A stretch of 64,000 nt of DNA from an uncultured Clostridia bacterium (GTDB lineage: Bacteria > Bacillota > Clostridia > Oscillospirales > CAG-272): NCBI GenBank assembly GCA_944381075.1, contig CALWJT010000016.1, forward strand, positions 4,155-68,154, in the 5' to 3' direction. A program made the translations under genes and the position numbers. The notes beneath the pieces were generated by a model that was not told the DNA's origin, did not search any database, and was given only the letters and a program-made list of their open reading frames with translations. Numbering within the stretch: position 1 is the first letter of the stretch; each line of letters starts with the position of its first letter. Below are positions 1 through 9,951 of the stretch, piece by piece.

Positions 1-1
1 G

Positions 2-190
2 AAAGCCTTTGAAGATATGCTCGCCGCTATTCTTAAGCAGTATGACGATACGACGGAAAAGATGGCAAAGCTCAAAGCCGAGGGCAAGGAGAAAACCGTT
101 ACCTACCGCCAGCTTTTTGCGAGTAAGCTGCAACTTCAGGCGATGTTGTCCTATTATCGGACTTACGGGCTTTTAGAGAATGATGGATAA
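2..190 (+). CDS. 3' part of a small hypothetical protein (runs off window start)
   Basis: Open frame KAFEDMLAAILKQYDD...YRTYGLLENDG ending TAA at 188-190. Confidence 0.5.
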   Translation, partial: KAFEDMLAAILKQYDDTTEKMAKLKAEGKEKTVTYRQLFASKLQLQAMLSYYRTYGLLENDG

Positions 191-193
191 CAA

Positions 194-355
194 ATGATGA
201 TAAAACGCAGCCCAATTAAGGATATTGAAATCAAGCATCTGTTGAACAACTCCTTGACCAATGACATTAGTAGAAGTGAAGTCTACATGGAAGGCATCGA
301 CCATAGCTACGATTACAAGGGTTATACTACCTTTAAGACGGAGGAACTATCATGA
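194..355 (+). pseudogene. C-terminal fragment of a Fic (protein adenylyltransferase) gene
   Basis: Translates MMIKRSPIKDIEIKHLLNNSLTNDISRSEVYMEGIDHSYDYKGYTTFKTEELS, resembling the C-terminus of class III Fic proteins (ERSP.KD.EIK..L..ALT..I..REVYMKGID.SY); no HPFxxGNGR catalytic loop present. Confidence 0.6.
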
Positions 356-1257
356 ATTTAATGGAATTATCATCAGACGGTAAAGTTGCATATTTGATTA
401 AGCCTATCTTGAAAGTATTGCAAGAAGCCGGCGGTCAATTAGAACGTTCTGAAATCAAAGAGCGGATTGCTGATTTAGATGATCAAATAGCAGAATTTTC
501 CGAAATTGTTAAAAAGTCAAAGAAAACGGGTAATCCATATAAGGAGTTTAATTACAAGTTTAACTTTGCCATTAAAGATTTGCTGTTTAACAATTGATTG
601 ACATATACTAACTCTTCTCCAATCACTTTGACGGAAAAGGGATTATATCTTGAGTTAGATACCCTTGATGTTCAAAAAGATATAATTGAACCCTCAAAAA
701 AGCATTGGGACGAACTGAGTAATAACAATAAGAAAAATAAAATTGCTGATGTTAGCGACAACGAAGAAGAAACACAGGCAGAAGAAAAGATCAAAGATGA
801 TTTCAAAGAAACATTGCTTGCATCAATAGCTAGAATGAGTCCAAAAAAATTTGAAGCTTTTTCAAGAGCGTTGCTGAACCGTATGGGGGTTGAATTTACC
901 GAAAAAGGTGCCCAGATTAGCAACGACGGTGGAATTGACGGATATGGCTATCACATAGACGCAAATGATTTCAGGACAACACGAGTAGTTATACAATGCA
1001 AACGATATAATGTTTCACCTGTTACAGAACCTGAAATCAATCAGTTCTTAGGTGCTATGAATAAAAATCAAGCGGATTATGGTGTGTTCATTACCAACGG
1101 TAGATTTACAAATTCAGCCAGAGTGGCTGCGAGAGAAGGTTCGCCAATTACGTTGATCGACGGCAATGATTTGGTTAAATTGGTCATAAAGTATGAGCTG
1201 TATATTACACCCGTTAAAACTTATGTGTTAGACGAATTTTATTTTTCAGAGGAATAA
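352..1257 (+). pseudogene. mrr: Mrr-family (type IV) restriction endonuclease interrupted by an in-frame TGA at 595-597
   Basis: N-terminal winged-helix part (PILKVLQEAGGQLERSEI) and C-terminal Mrr_cat part (FEAFSRALL..MG, DGGIDG, IQCKRY, GVFITNGRFT, ITLIDG) are in the same frame, separated by one stop. Confidence 0.85.
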
Positions 1258-1321
1258 ACGAACATATCGCTATTCACTCTGATAATGGTAAAATTCAAAA
1301 TTAAGAGTGAGGAGGATAGCA

Positions 1322-4300
1322 ATGAAATCCAACTTTGAATTTCTAAATAGATATTGGCCTGTGCTGTCACAATTAGGCGCGAATGCAGAAAACTATCTGT
1401 ATTCTGATTCCAATGCGTGTATCTATAAACTAGGTATGTTTGCCGAGCGCCTGGTTCAGGAAATTCTGGTATTTGAACATATGGACGAACCCAAGACAGA
1501 TAATACACACGCTAATCGCATTCGTTTGCTGAAGCGTGCCGGCCTTCTTCCTCACGAGATTGATAATACACTATATGTTCTCCGTAAAACCCGCAATTCC
1601 GCAGTGCATGCAGGAACAGATTCCGTAGATGAAGCAAAAACGCTTCTTTCCATGACATACAATTTAGCGGTTTGGTTTATGGAGACATACGGCGACTGGG
1701 GATTCCTTGCCGAAGATTTTATTATGCCCGAAGAAGTACAGCAGGCAGACTTAAAATTAGTCATAGAAGATCAGGAGAAAAAGATTGCCGAACTGTCAAA
1801 AAAACTTGCAGAAGTAACAACGGCGGTTTCGGGCACAACGCAGAAAGAACGTGCAAAACGGGCTGAAACGGTTTCTTTTATGATACAGTGGAATGAAGCG
1901 CAGACCCGCCGTTTGATCGACGAGCAGCTTCGCAAAGCAGGATGGGAAGCCGATACCACAAACCTGCGTTACAGCAAAGGTACCCGCCCAGCAAAAGGCA
2001 GAAATATCGCTATCAGCGAATGGCCTACCAATTCTGCTTTTTATAAAAACGGATATGCAGACTATGCCTTCTTCATTGGGGAAAAACTCGTCGCTTTAAT
2101 GGATGCGAAAAAGGCTTCGGAAGATGTTGCTTCTACCATTGATGTGCAGGTAAAAGATTATGCAAAGCATATTAAAGAGGAACACGCAAGATATGTTATC
2201 GGTTCGTGGGGCGATTATCAGGTGCCTTTCCTGTTTGCTTCAAACGGCAGAGCATTTCTGGAGCAGCTGCGAACAAAATCCGGCATATGGTTTTTAGACG
2301 CAAGAAAAACATCCAACCAGTCCTATCCAATCCGAAATTGGTTCAGTCCCAGCGATCTGGAAGAAAAATTAAGTCAGGATATTGACAAAGCCAATGAAAA
2401 CTTATCTAACTATAACGATTCGTTTATGGAAGACCCTACCGGTCTGAATCTTCGTGACTATCAGATGAAAGCGGTCAACAAGGCGACCGAAGCAATCATG
2501 AACGGAAGCCGTACGGCACTGCTTGCAATGGCAACCGGTACCGGTAAAACACGAATCGTGCTTGGTCTGATTTATAAAATGTTGGAATCCAAACGCTTCC
2601 AGAGAATTCTGTTTCTGGTTGACCGCATAGCGCTCGGCGAACAGGCAATGGACACTTTTAAGGATGTCAAACTAAAAGATTTAATGACATTAAATGAAAT
2701 CTATGAAATTAAAGACATTGAGGATAATGAGATCAATCTGGAAACTAAAGTTAGCGTTTCTACTGTTCAGGGATTATTAAAGCGCACCATTCTGTCCGAA
2801 ACGCCGGATTTAATGCCCGGAGCATTCGATTTGATTATTGTAGACGAAGCGCATAGAGGATATATTCTGGACAAAGAAATGACCGAAGAAGAAATTCTCT
2901 ATGATAATCAAGATGACTATATGAGTAAATATAAACAGGTCATCGAATATTTTGACGCAGTAAAAATTGCTCTCACGGCTACCCCTGCTCTGCACACCAC
3001 TGAAATTTTCGGTGAGCCGATTTTTACATACAGCTACCGGGAAGCCGTGATCGACGGTTGGCTGGTCGATCACGACCCGCCTTATATCATCAATACAGAT
3101 TTTATTGAAAACAAAGCGAAATTCAAAAAGGGGGAAACGCTTGCTCAGTATGATCCCAACACACATGAGCTGATAAATGGGACAGTATTACAGGACGAAT
3201 TGGATTTTGATGTTTCGGAGTTCAATAAAAAAATCGTCCTTCCCGACCATACCCGTAAGGTTTTAGAGGAAATATCCAATTACATAAACCCCGAAAGCGG
3301 CGAAAAAACATTGATTTTTGCCGTAAACGATAACCATGCGGATTGCATTGTAGATACGCTTCGTGATATTTATAAGCCTTATGGCATTTCCAATGAGGCG
3401 ATTATGAAAATCACAGGCAAAACCGCCGGCGGCAACAAAAAGAAAATTTTGCAGGTAATCAAACAGTTTAAAAACAACCAATATCCGAATATTGCCGTTA
3501 CCGTTGATTTACTGACAACCGGCATCGACGTTCCGGCTATCTGCAACCTTGTGTTTATGCGGAAGATTAACAGCCGTATTCTGTTTGAACAGATGCTGGG
3601 GCGTGCCACCCGCCTATGCCCTGAGATCGGCAAAACGCATTTTAACATTTTTGATGCGGTACGAGTGTATGAGGATTTAGACCCCACGTCCGGAATGAAA
3701 TCTGTTTCCGTAAACAAAACAATGTCGGAGCTACTGGAAGATCTGTTCCGTGGCAGCGGAGAGAATAAGCAGCCGGTTAAAGATCGTATTCTTGCAAGAA
3801 TTCAGCGCAAAAACAACGATCTTACACCGGAGCAAAAATATGAGGTCACGGAACGCTTGGGCGGTATAAATTTAAGAGCCTACGTCCACAAGCTGAAATC
3901 CTGCACGGAAAAAGTATTTATCGAGACCTGCAAAAAGGATAAAGACTTTTTGCTGTGGGTGGATTCGCTCAAAGGCAGGAAAAAAGGTTATTTCTATTCT
4001 GAAAAAGAAGACACTTTGAAAGAAACTACCCGGGGCTACGGCAATACGGAAAAGCCGGAAGATTATTTGGAAGCTTTTACGAAATTCGTAAATGAGAACA
4101 AAGATAAAATTGAAGCGATTCGAATTGCCTGCACCAAACCAAGTAGCATGACCAGAGCACAGCTCAAAGAGCTAAAACTCGCTTTGGATAAAGAGAATTT
4201 TACGGAAACCAGCCTGAACGAAGCCACCAGCGCCGTTACCAATGCGCATATTGTGGCGGATATTATCGCTCATGTTCGCAAGGCTGTGCTGAAAACGCCG

Positions 4301-4558
4301 CTGTTTAACCATGATGAGCGTGTTATTGCCGCTTTTGCTAAACTAACTGCCGCACATCGTTTCAACAAAATGCAGCTTGACCTTTTGGAAAAAATCAAAA
4401 CCTATATGCTGCACGAAAGTATTTTGAATACGGAAACCTTTGAAGCCCCCGCATTTAAGATGGAGGGCGGTTTTGCCCGCTTCAACAAAAAATTCGGCGG
4501 CACGCTCGCCGACATTATTCGGGAGATCAACACTTACATTTATGAAGGAGCCGCATAA
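1322..4558 (+). CDS. hsdR: Type I restriction-modification endonuclease subunit R (EcoKI-like)
   Basis: GGAGGA RBS before ATG 1322; ADY...DAKK nuclease motif, MATGTGKT Walker A, DEAH, LTATP, QMLGRATR. Confidence 0.95.
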   Translation: MKSNFEFLNRYWPVLSQLGANAENYLYSDSNACIYKLGMFAERLVQEILVFEHMDEPKTDNTHANRIRLLKRAGLLPHEIDNTLYVLRKTRNSAVHAGTDSVDEAKTLLSMTYNLAVWFMETYGDWGFLAEDFIMPEEVQQADLKLVIEDQEKKIAELSKKLAEVTTAVSGTTQKERAKRAETVSFMIQWNEAQTRRLIDEQLRKAGWEADTTNLRYSKGTRPAKGRNIAISEWPTNSAFYKNGYADYAFFIGEKLVALMDAKKASEDVASTIDVQVKDYAKHIKEEHARYVIGSWGDYQVPFLFASNGRAFLEQLRTKSGIWFLDARKTSNQSYPIRNWFSPSDLEEKLSQDIDKANENLSNYNDSFMEDPTGLNLRDYQMKAVNKATEAIMNGSRTALLAMATGTGKTRIVLGLIYKMLESKRFQRILFLVDRIALGEQAMDTFKDVKLKDLMTLNEIYEIKDIEDNEINLETKVSVSTVQGLLKRTILSETPDLMPGAFDLIIVDEAHRGYILDKEMTEEEILYDNQDDYMSKYKQVIEYFDAVKIALTATPALHTTEIFGEPIFTYSYREAVIDGWLVDHDPPYIINTDFIENKAKFKKGETLAQYDPNTHELINGTVLQDELDFDVSEFNKKIVLPDHTRKVLEEISNYINPESGEKTLIFAVNDNHADCIVDTLRDIYKPYGISNEAIMKITGKTAGGNKKKILQVIKQFKNNQYPNIAVTVDLLTTGIDVPAICNLVFMRKINSRILFEQMLGRATRLCPEIGKTHFNIFDAVRVYEDLDPTSGMKSVSVNKTMSELLEDLFRGSGENKQPVKDRILARIQRKNNDLTPEQKYEVTERLGGINLRAYVHKLKSCTEKVFIETCKKDKDFLLWVDSLKGRKKGYFYSEKEDTLKETTRGYGNTEKPEDYLEAFTKFVNENKDKIEAIRIACTKPSSMTRAQLKELKLALDKENFTETSLNEATSAVTNAHIVADIIAHVRKAVLKTPLFNHDERVIAAFAKLTAAHRFNKMQLDLLEKIKTYMLHESILNTETFEAPAFKMEGGFARFNKKFGGTLADIIREINTYIYEGAA

Positions 4559-6081
4559 TGAGTACCATCGATATTGTTCAGAAACTATGGAATCTCTGCA
4601 ATGTCCTTCGTGACGACGGTATCACCTATCACCAGTATGTTACGGAGCTCACCTATATCCTGTTTCTGAAAATGCTGGATGAAACCGGTGAAGAAAACAC
4701 CCTGAAAGCCGATGTGTTAAAGGCATACCAAAAATCTTTGGAGCAGTATGCCCGCAAAAAAGGCAAAGCGGTGGAACAACTGACCGAAGAAGAAAAGGAA
4801 TCCCGAAAGCCTCTGCTTTACAACTACTCTTGGGAGTACCTTACCACCTTGGAAGGCATTGAACTGAAAAACTACTATATGAAACTACTTTCTGAGCTTG
4901 GCAGCACCGGCATTCCTAAAATCAGCGATATCTATGCCAAAGCGGTTTCCAGTATTGAAGAGCCGAAAAACTTGCAGAAAATCATTTCAGAAATCAACAA
5001 ACTGGATTGGTTTGAAGCAAAGCAGGAGGGTCTGGGCGACCTCTACGAAGGCTTGCTGCAAAAGAACGCCGACGAGAAGAAGTCCGGCGCAGGTCAGTAT
5101 TTCACGCCTCGTGTGCTCATTGATGTGATGACCGATCTGATTTCCCCGAAACTCGGCGAAAAATGCTTTGATCCCGCCTGCGGTACTTTCGGTTTTATGA
5201 TCTCCGCCTATCAGCACGCTGCCTGCGGTGTGGATCTCTACTCTCTTTCCGATCAGGAAATGGCGGCGTTTCAGGACTCTTTCTATGGCGTTGAGCTGGT
5301 GCATGATGCGCATCGTCTGGCTCTGATGAACGCTTATCTGCACAATGTTCCGGCGCACATTTTCTGCGAGGACTCCCTGTCTCCGAGCGCCAAAAGACTC
5401 AAAGGCTTTGATGTGATCCTAACCAACCCGCCCTTTGGAACCAAAAAAGGCGGCGAGCGCACTTCCCGTGACGATATCTCATTTCAAACTTCCAACAAAC
5501 AGCTGAACTTCTTGCAGGTGATTTACCGCAGCTTGAAAGCCGACGGAAATGCACGCTGTGCCGTTGTTTTGCCGGATAATGTACTGTTTGCCGACGGTGA
5601 CGGGGTAAGCGTGCGCAGAGAGTTAATGGATTTTTGCAATCTCCATACCATTCTGCGCCTGCCCACCGGTATTTTCTATGCACAGGGAGTGAAAACCAAT
5701 GTGCTTTTCTTCACCCGCGGCAAAACCGAAAAGGACAACACCAAAGAGGTTTGGTTCTATGATCTGCGAACCAATATGCCCTCTTTCGGCAAGACAACGC
5801 CGCTGAAAAAAGAGCATTTTGAGGGTTTCGTAAAAGCCTACACCGCCGAAAGCCGCCACGCTGTGGAGGACGAACGCTGGAACGTATTTACAAGAGAACA
5901 AATTGCTGAAAAGGGCGACACCCTTGACCTTGGTCTGATTCGTGACGATTCCGTTTTGGATTATAATGATCTGCCCGACCCGGCGGACAGCGCCGAGGAA
6001 GCCGCCGCCAATCTGGAAGAAGCGGTTGACCTCTTGATGAGCGTGGTGAAAGAACTGCGGGCGCTGGAGGTGCAGGACTGA
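4558..6081 (+). CDS. hsdM: Type I R-M N6-adenine methyltransferase subunit M
   Basis: VQKLWNLCNVLRDDG, GQYFTP, DPACGTFGF, NPPF motifs; start overlaps hsdR stop. Confidence 0.95.
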   Translation: MSTIDIVQKLWNLCNVLRDDGITYHQYVTELTYILFLKMLDETGEENTLKADVLKAYQKSLEQYARKKGKAVEQLTEEEKESRKPLLYNYSWEYLTTLEGIELKNYYMKLLSELGSTGIPKISDIYAKAVSSIEEPKNLQKIISEINKLDWFEAKQEGLGDLYEGLLQKNADEKKSGAGQYFTPRVLIDVMTDLISPKLGEKCFDPACGTFGFMISAYQHAACGVDLYSLSDQEMAAFQDSFYGVELVHDAHRLALMNAYLHNVPAHIFCEDSLSPSAKRLKGFDVILTNPPFGTKKGGERTSRDDISFQTSNKQLNFLQVIYRSLKADGNARCAVVLPDNVLFADGDGVSVRRELMDFCNLHTILRLPTGIFYAQGVKTNVLFFTRGKTEKDNTKEVWFYDLRTNMPSFGKTTPLKKEHFEGFVKAYTAESRHAVEDERWNVFTREQIAEKGDTLDLGLIRDDSVLDYNDLPDPADSAEEAAANLEEAVDLLMSVVKELRALEVQD

Positions 6082-7334
6082 TGGCAAAGGCGAAGAAAAA
6101 AGAAAGCCTGCTGCCCGAAGAACGCTTGCGGGCAGCATTGGTGCCGGACTGGGAACAGCCCTACAAGGTGCCGGAGAATTGGTGTTGGGTTCATTTGCTT
6201 GATTCTTTTGAAAACTGCACTGATAGTAAAAAGAAAATCCCCCAGAAAGAATATTTACAAGATGGAGAAATTGCTGTTGTTGACCAAGGACAGAATCTGA
6301 TAGGTGGTTATACAAATGATAGAGAAATGATTTTCGCTGGAAATGTGCCTGTCATCATTTTTGGTGATCATACAAGATGTATCAAATATATTGATTTTCC
6401 TTTTGCCCAGGGTGCTGACGGTGTTAAAGTGTTAAAACCAAAGCAATTTTTCAACACAAAAGCATTTTATTATGCGTTTCAAACTGTTGACATTCCTAAT
6501 ATGGGTTATCGCAGGCACTTTCCCCTATTTGACAAATACGAAATTCCAGTTCCACCCCTCTCTGAACAACAGCGCATTGTTGACCGCATTGAAAGCCTGT
6601 TTGCCAAGCTGGACGAGGCAAAGCAAAAGGCACAGGACGCACTGGACAGCTTTGAAACCCGTAAAGCCGCAATCCTCCACAAAGCCTTCACCGGAGAACT
6701 CACCGCCCAGTGGAGAAAAGAACACGGCGTGGGGATGGAGAGTTGGAAAAACAGAACACTCTCACAGCTTGCTAAACAGATAAAAGCTGGTGGAGATAAG
6801 CCAGATGATTTTACAGAAACAGCAGACAAAATACGCAACATTCCAGTTGTGGCGAATGGTATTACCAATGAAGGAATCGTTGGATACACTTCAACAGTTC
6901 GATTTTCGGGAGAAACTATTACAGTTGCAGGAAGGGGAACAATCGGATTTTCAATTTATAGAACATACCCTTTTTTCCCTATTGTTCGACTAATTGTAAT
7001 TGAACCAAAAGATATTGTGAAAGCGCCTTATATTAAGTATGCTTTTGATGCTTTTCCAGAAAACGGAACTGGATCAAGCATTCCTCAATTAACAGTTCCT
7101 ATGGTTAAAGAGAAGATTATACCTTTACCTAAACTAGATGAACAAACCGAAATTGTCCGTATCCTTGATGATTTCCTCGCCAAAGAACAGCAAGCTAAAG
7201 AAGCCGCCGAAGCAGTGCTGGAGCAAATCGATCTCATTAAAAAATCCATCCTCGCCCGTGCTTTTCGTGGCGAGCTCGGCACCAACGACCCTGCCGAGGA
7301 AAGCGCAGTGGAGTTGGTGAGGAACATGATTTAG
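6081..7334 (+). CDS. hsdS: Type I R-M specificity subunit S
   Basis: Two AT-richer TRDs separated by conserved helices PPLSEQQRIV...AILHKAFTGEL and PKLDEQTEIV...SILARAFRGEL. Confidence 0.95.
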   Translation: MAKAKKKESLLPEERLRAALVPDWEQPYKVPENWCWVHLLDSFENCTDSKKKIPQKEYLQDGEIAVVDQGQNLIGGYTNDREMIFAGNVPVIIFGDHTRCIKYIDFPFAQGADGVKVLKPKQFFNTKAFYYAFQTVDIPNMGYRRHFPLFDKYEIPVPPLSEQQRIVDRIESLFAKLDEAKQKAQDALDSFETRKAAILHKAFTGELTAQWRKEHGVGMESWKNRTLSQLAKQIKAGGDKPDDFTETADKIRNIPVVANGITNEGIVGYTSTVRFSGETITVAGRGTIGFSIYRTYPFFPIVRLIVIEPKDIVKAPYIKYAFDAFPENGTGSSIPQLTVPMVKEKIIPLPKLDEQTEIVRILDDFLAKEQQAKEAAEAVLEQIDLIKKSILARAFRGELGTNDPAEESAVELVRNMI

Positions 7335-7722
7335 CTGAAAGAAAGTAGTAAAGTGCGTCTTATCTATCTTCTACAGACACTCTCAATCCATACTTAGCTC
7401 AAATATTTGATGGCGTCATACAGTCTCAAGAGACGGAAAAAAGTTTTGGAAAGAAGAAAGAAAAGCAAAATCACTTTGCAAATAGCATCGGCGGACAAAT
7501 TGCATTCAAACTTTTTGGGAAAGGGGTATTAAGACCCATTCAGAGCGCTCCGATGATGATCGAGCAGCCGTTTCAGTTTTGGAACCATTTCTTCGTTCAA
7601 ATGGAAGAATAAATACTGCTTTTGCTTCGGAGGACAAATGGTCCAACCATGATGGAACATTTGAGTTTGTACCTGATCCGGATAATTGGCATTGAATTTT
7701 TCAACATTTTCCAAAAATCCAG

Positions 7723-7751
7723 TTGACATTTTCAAAAATTTCATATATAAT
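7723..7751 (+). promoter_or_regulatory. Perfect sigma-A promoter reading into the sRNA repeats
   Basis: TTGACA (7723-7728) - 17 bp - TATAAT (7746-7751). Confidence 0.75.
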
Positions 7752-7883
7752 AAAATCAGCGAGGCAAGCTGTCGTTCTGGCAAATGACAGCTCTGCATAA
7801 AGAAGTGTAACGAGCACTCCCTCATACAACCGGATGACCGGCGCCCCTGCGGACAGTATATCAGATTTCCGCGGAGATTGCAA
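7752..7883 (-). ncRNA. Putative structured small RNA unit 1, with promoter
   Basis: Minus-strand TTGCAA(7878-83)-17-TATACT(7855-60), then three hairpins: ccgg-tcat-ccgg, agtg-ctcgtta-cact, gctgtcatt-TGCCAG-aacgacagc, then a T-rich tail. Confidence 0.6.
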
Positions 7884-8100
7884 GAGGCTCCGGCGAAAAA
7901 GGGGCTTTTTTTAAGCCCGAAAAAAGCATCAAAACAAAATAAGGCGGGCTACCGTCCTGGCAGACGATAGCACCTGCATAAAGAAGTGTGAGAGGCACTC
8001 CCTTATACAACCGGATAACCGGCGCCCTGTGGACAGTATATCAGATTTCCGCAGAGATTGCAAGAGGTTTCGGAAAAATAGGGCTTTTTTATCATGCCCT
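7760..8100. repeat. Tandem duplication with 180-bp period
   Basis: ctgcataaagaagtg...ggacagtatatcagatttccgc(g/a)gagattgcaagagg occurs twice, offset by 180 bp (CTGGCA at 7777/7957, TTGCAA at 7878/8058). Confidence 0.9.
7932..8063 (-). ncRNA. Putative structured small RNA unit 2, with promoter
   Basis: TTGCAA(8058-63)-17-TATACT(8035-40); hairpins ccgg-ttat-ccgg, agtg-cctctca-cact, gctatcgtc-TGCCAG-gacggtagc with compensatory stem changes versus unit 1. Confidence 0.6.
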
Positions 8101-8115
8101 TTTATAAGTGGAAGA

Positions 8116-8162
8116 AAAATCCGTGCTAAGACACTTCAGTGACTGTCTTGGTGCGGATTTTT
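8116..8162 (+). terminator. Long hairpin (terminator or attenuator) upstream of a small ORF
   Basis: aaaaatccgtgctaagaca...tgtcttggtgcggattttt; pairs with G-U wobbles on the plus strand. Confidence 0.5.
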
Positions 8163-8184
8163 GAATGCGTTTAAGGAGAAAAAG

Positions 8185-8280
8185 ATGACAAGCCACACAA
8201 GCTTCGCTGCGCTGGAAATGCAGGAAAAGAAATGGCGGAAAAAAGGGACGCTGTGCGTCCGTTTTCAGATGAGAAATTAG
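8185..8280 (+). CDS. Possible 31-aa small ORF
   Basis: AAGGAG RBS before ATG; MTSHTSFAALEMQEKKWRKKGTLCVRFQMRN. Confidence 0.3.
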   Translation: MTSHTSFAALEMQEKKWRKKGTLCVRFQMRN

Positions 8281-8309
8281 GCTTTACGGAAAAAGTTCTC
8301 TGAGAGAAC

Positions 8310-8442
8310 AAAAAACCGCCGGACTTTTCGAGGGCTGGCACCCTCAAAAAGCTCCGCTTGGGGTGTTACGGGCACCTTACGCGACCGAAAGAATCGGAAC
8401 CGGCGGCAAGGCTATTATACCATGTTTTTTCCCCTTTTGCAA
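8310..8442 (-). ncRNA. Putative structured small RNA unit 3 (diverged), with promoter
   Basis: TTGCAA(8437-42)-17-TATAAT(8414-19) with TG extension; hairpins ccga-ttctt-tcgg, ggtg-cccgtaa-cacc, ctttttgaggg-TGCCAG-ccctcgaaaag, then a T6 run. Confidence 0.6.
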
Positions 8443-9271
8443 GGGGGAAAGGTGGGAAAATTGCTTTGTCGGTGGCAGCATCTGACAAAATCGGTGGATA
8501 AAGGGATTACATAAATAGATGTAATGCCGCGTAGGGTTGCAGAAAAGGTGGATTACCGTCTCCTGACTGGGCCCTGCGCGGTGTTTTGTTTTCATCGGAG
8601 GACTGATTGGCTGCCCCTCCGTGCGTGTGGAGTGCTTCTCCGTGAAGCAGCACCTGCTCCCGCGCGCGGAGGAACCGGCAATTTTCAGTTCTCCGTTTCA
8701 GTTTATATAGATAAAAAACAGCTAACATCCTCTTTATACCGCAGGCGTCCGGGTTTTTCAAACAGATCCCCATCCCACTCCTTTCTTTTGACGGACGCCT
8801 GCGGTACTGTCTCATAACGGGAAAAATAGAGGCTCCGTTCCTTTGCGGGACGGACAAGCAAGCAGCCGGACGGCCCCATGACCGACCGGCTGCTGCTATG
8901 CGGCGGGGAAACACAAGTGCAGGCCGCCGCGCCGGCTCTTTTGACTTCCTTGAGAAAACCTCCATCCGCGGGCGCGCTTACGACCCTCGACTTTCTATGC
9001 AGACGCATCTCTCCGCCGACGACAGGACGCAGCGATCCCGCGCCGCCCGCGGACGCGGAACAGATTGGCCGCCTGCGCATTCCCTTTCCCCGCGCGGCGC
9101 ACCTGCGTCCGGCCGCTCCCTATACATCCGCGCGTGCGCTCCGCCGCGGGGACCTCGCCGGTAAATTTTGCCCCAGCACCGCGCCGCCCGCCGCTTTTTC
9201 TCACCTATCCCCTGCCCGGCATCCCTTTCGGAGAGCTTGAACAAAACGCTTGTAACATCCGCCTCGGACCG

Positions 9272-9892
9272 TCACCGGATGAAATTCGTCCGGATTTTCG
9301 GTTCGTAGGCTGGATACGGGACGCCCGCCTGCCTTCCAGCCTCGATGCAGCGCAGAAGCCATGTCATGTTTTCGGCAAGGGTCCGGATCGTCTGAAGCCC
9401 CTCCAAATCCTTGCGGACCTCCTCCGGCGTATTCCCATGCACCTGATTCCAATACTGCGAGCTCACGACCGGCATATTCGTCATCATAAAATATTTATTG
9501 AGGATCTCAAAGGCCGCGGAAGCGCCGCCGCGGCGGCAGGATACCACGGCAGCCGCCGGCTTTCCCGCCATCTTTCCGCCGCCCGCATAAAACAGCCGGT
9601 CGAGAAAAGCGGTCACTTGTCCCGAAACGCCCGCGTAATACACGGGAGAGCCCACAAGGATGCCGTCGATCTCATCCAGCTTGTCGATGACTTCATTCAC
9701 CTTGTCGCCGACAAAGCAATGCCCCGTATTTCGACATGCTCCGCAGGCGATGCAGCCGGCGACCGGCTTCTTGCCGAGATAGACAAGCTCCGTTTCAATG
9801 CCGTTTTTGGAAAAGACCGCCGCCGCCTCGCAAAGCGCGGTATAGGTGCAGCCCTTCTCGTTCGGACTGCCGTTGATGAGCAATACTTTCAT
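9272..9892 (-). CDS. Flavodoxin family / iron-sulfur flavoprotein (NADPH-dependent FMN reductase)
   Basis: MKVLLINGSP, CIACGAC...C, GSPVYY, SCRRGG. Confidence 0.9.
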   Translation of the reverse strand: MKVLLINGSPNEKGCTYTALCEAAAVFSKNGIETELVYLGKKPVAGCIACGACRNTGHCFVGDKVNEVIDKLDEIDGILVGSPVYYAGVSGQVTAFLDRLFYAGGGKMAGKPAAAVVSCRRGGASAAFEILNKYFMMTNMPVVSSQYWNQVHGNTPEEVRKDLEGLQTIRTLAENMTWLLRCIEAGRQAGVPYPAYEPKIRTNFIR

Positions 9893-9951
9893 ATCGATTC
9901 CACCTCTGTTTTGTCATGATAATATCAGTATATTACAATTCGGCCAAAAAA

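Noticed and set aside
595-597. TGA recoding (alternative genetic code or selenocysteine), also suggested by 28722-28724
   Set aside because: TGA is a normal stop in this window (hsdM, lpdA, nifJ), and neither position looks like a catalytic Cys site
7760-8100. CRISPR array or type III toxin-antitoxin repeat
   Set aside because: The period is 180 bp with internal promoters; there is no short repeat-spacer pattern and no cas or ToxN-like gene nearby
8500-9250. Several overlapping Arg/Ala/Pro-rich ORFs
   Set aside because: GC-rich intergenic sequence with no RBS-supported or recognisable protein
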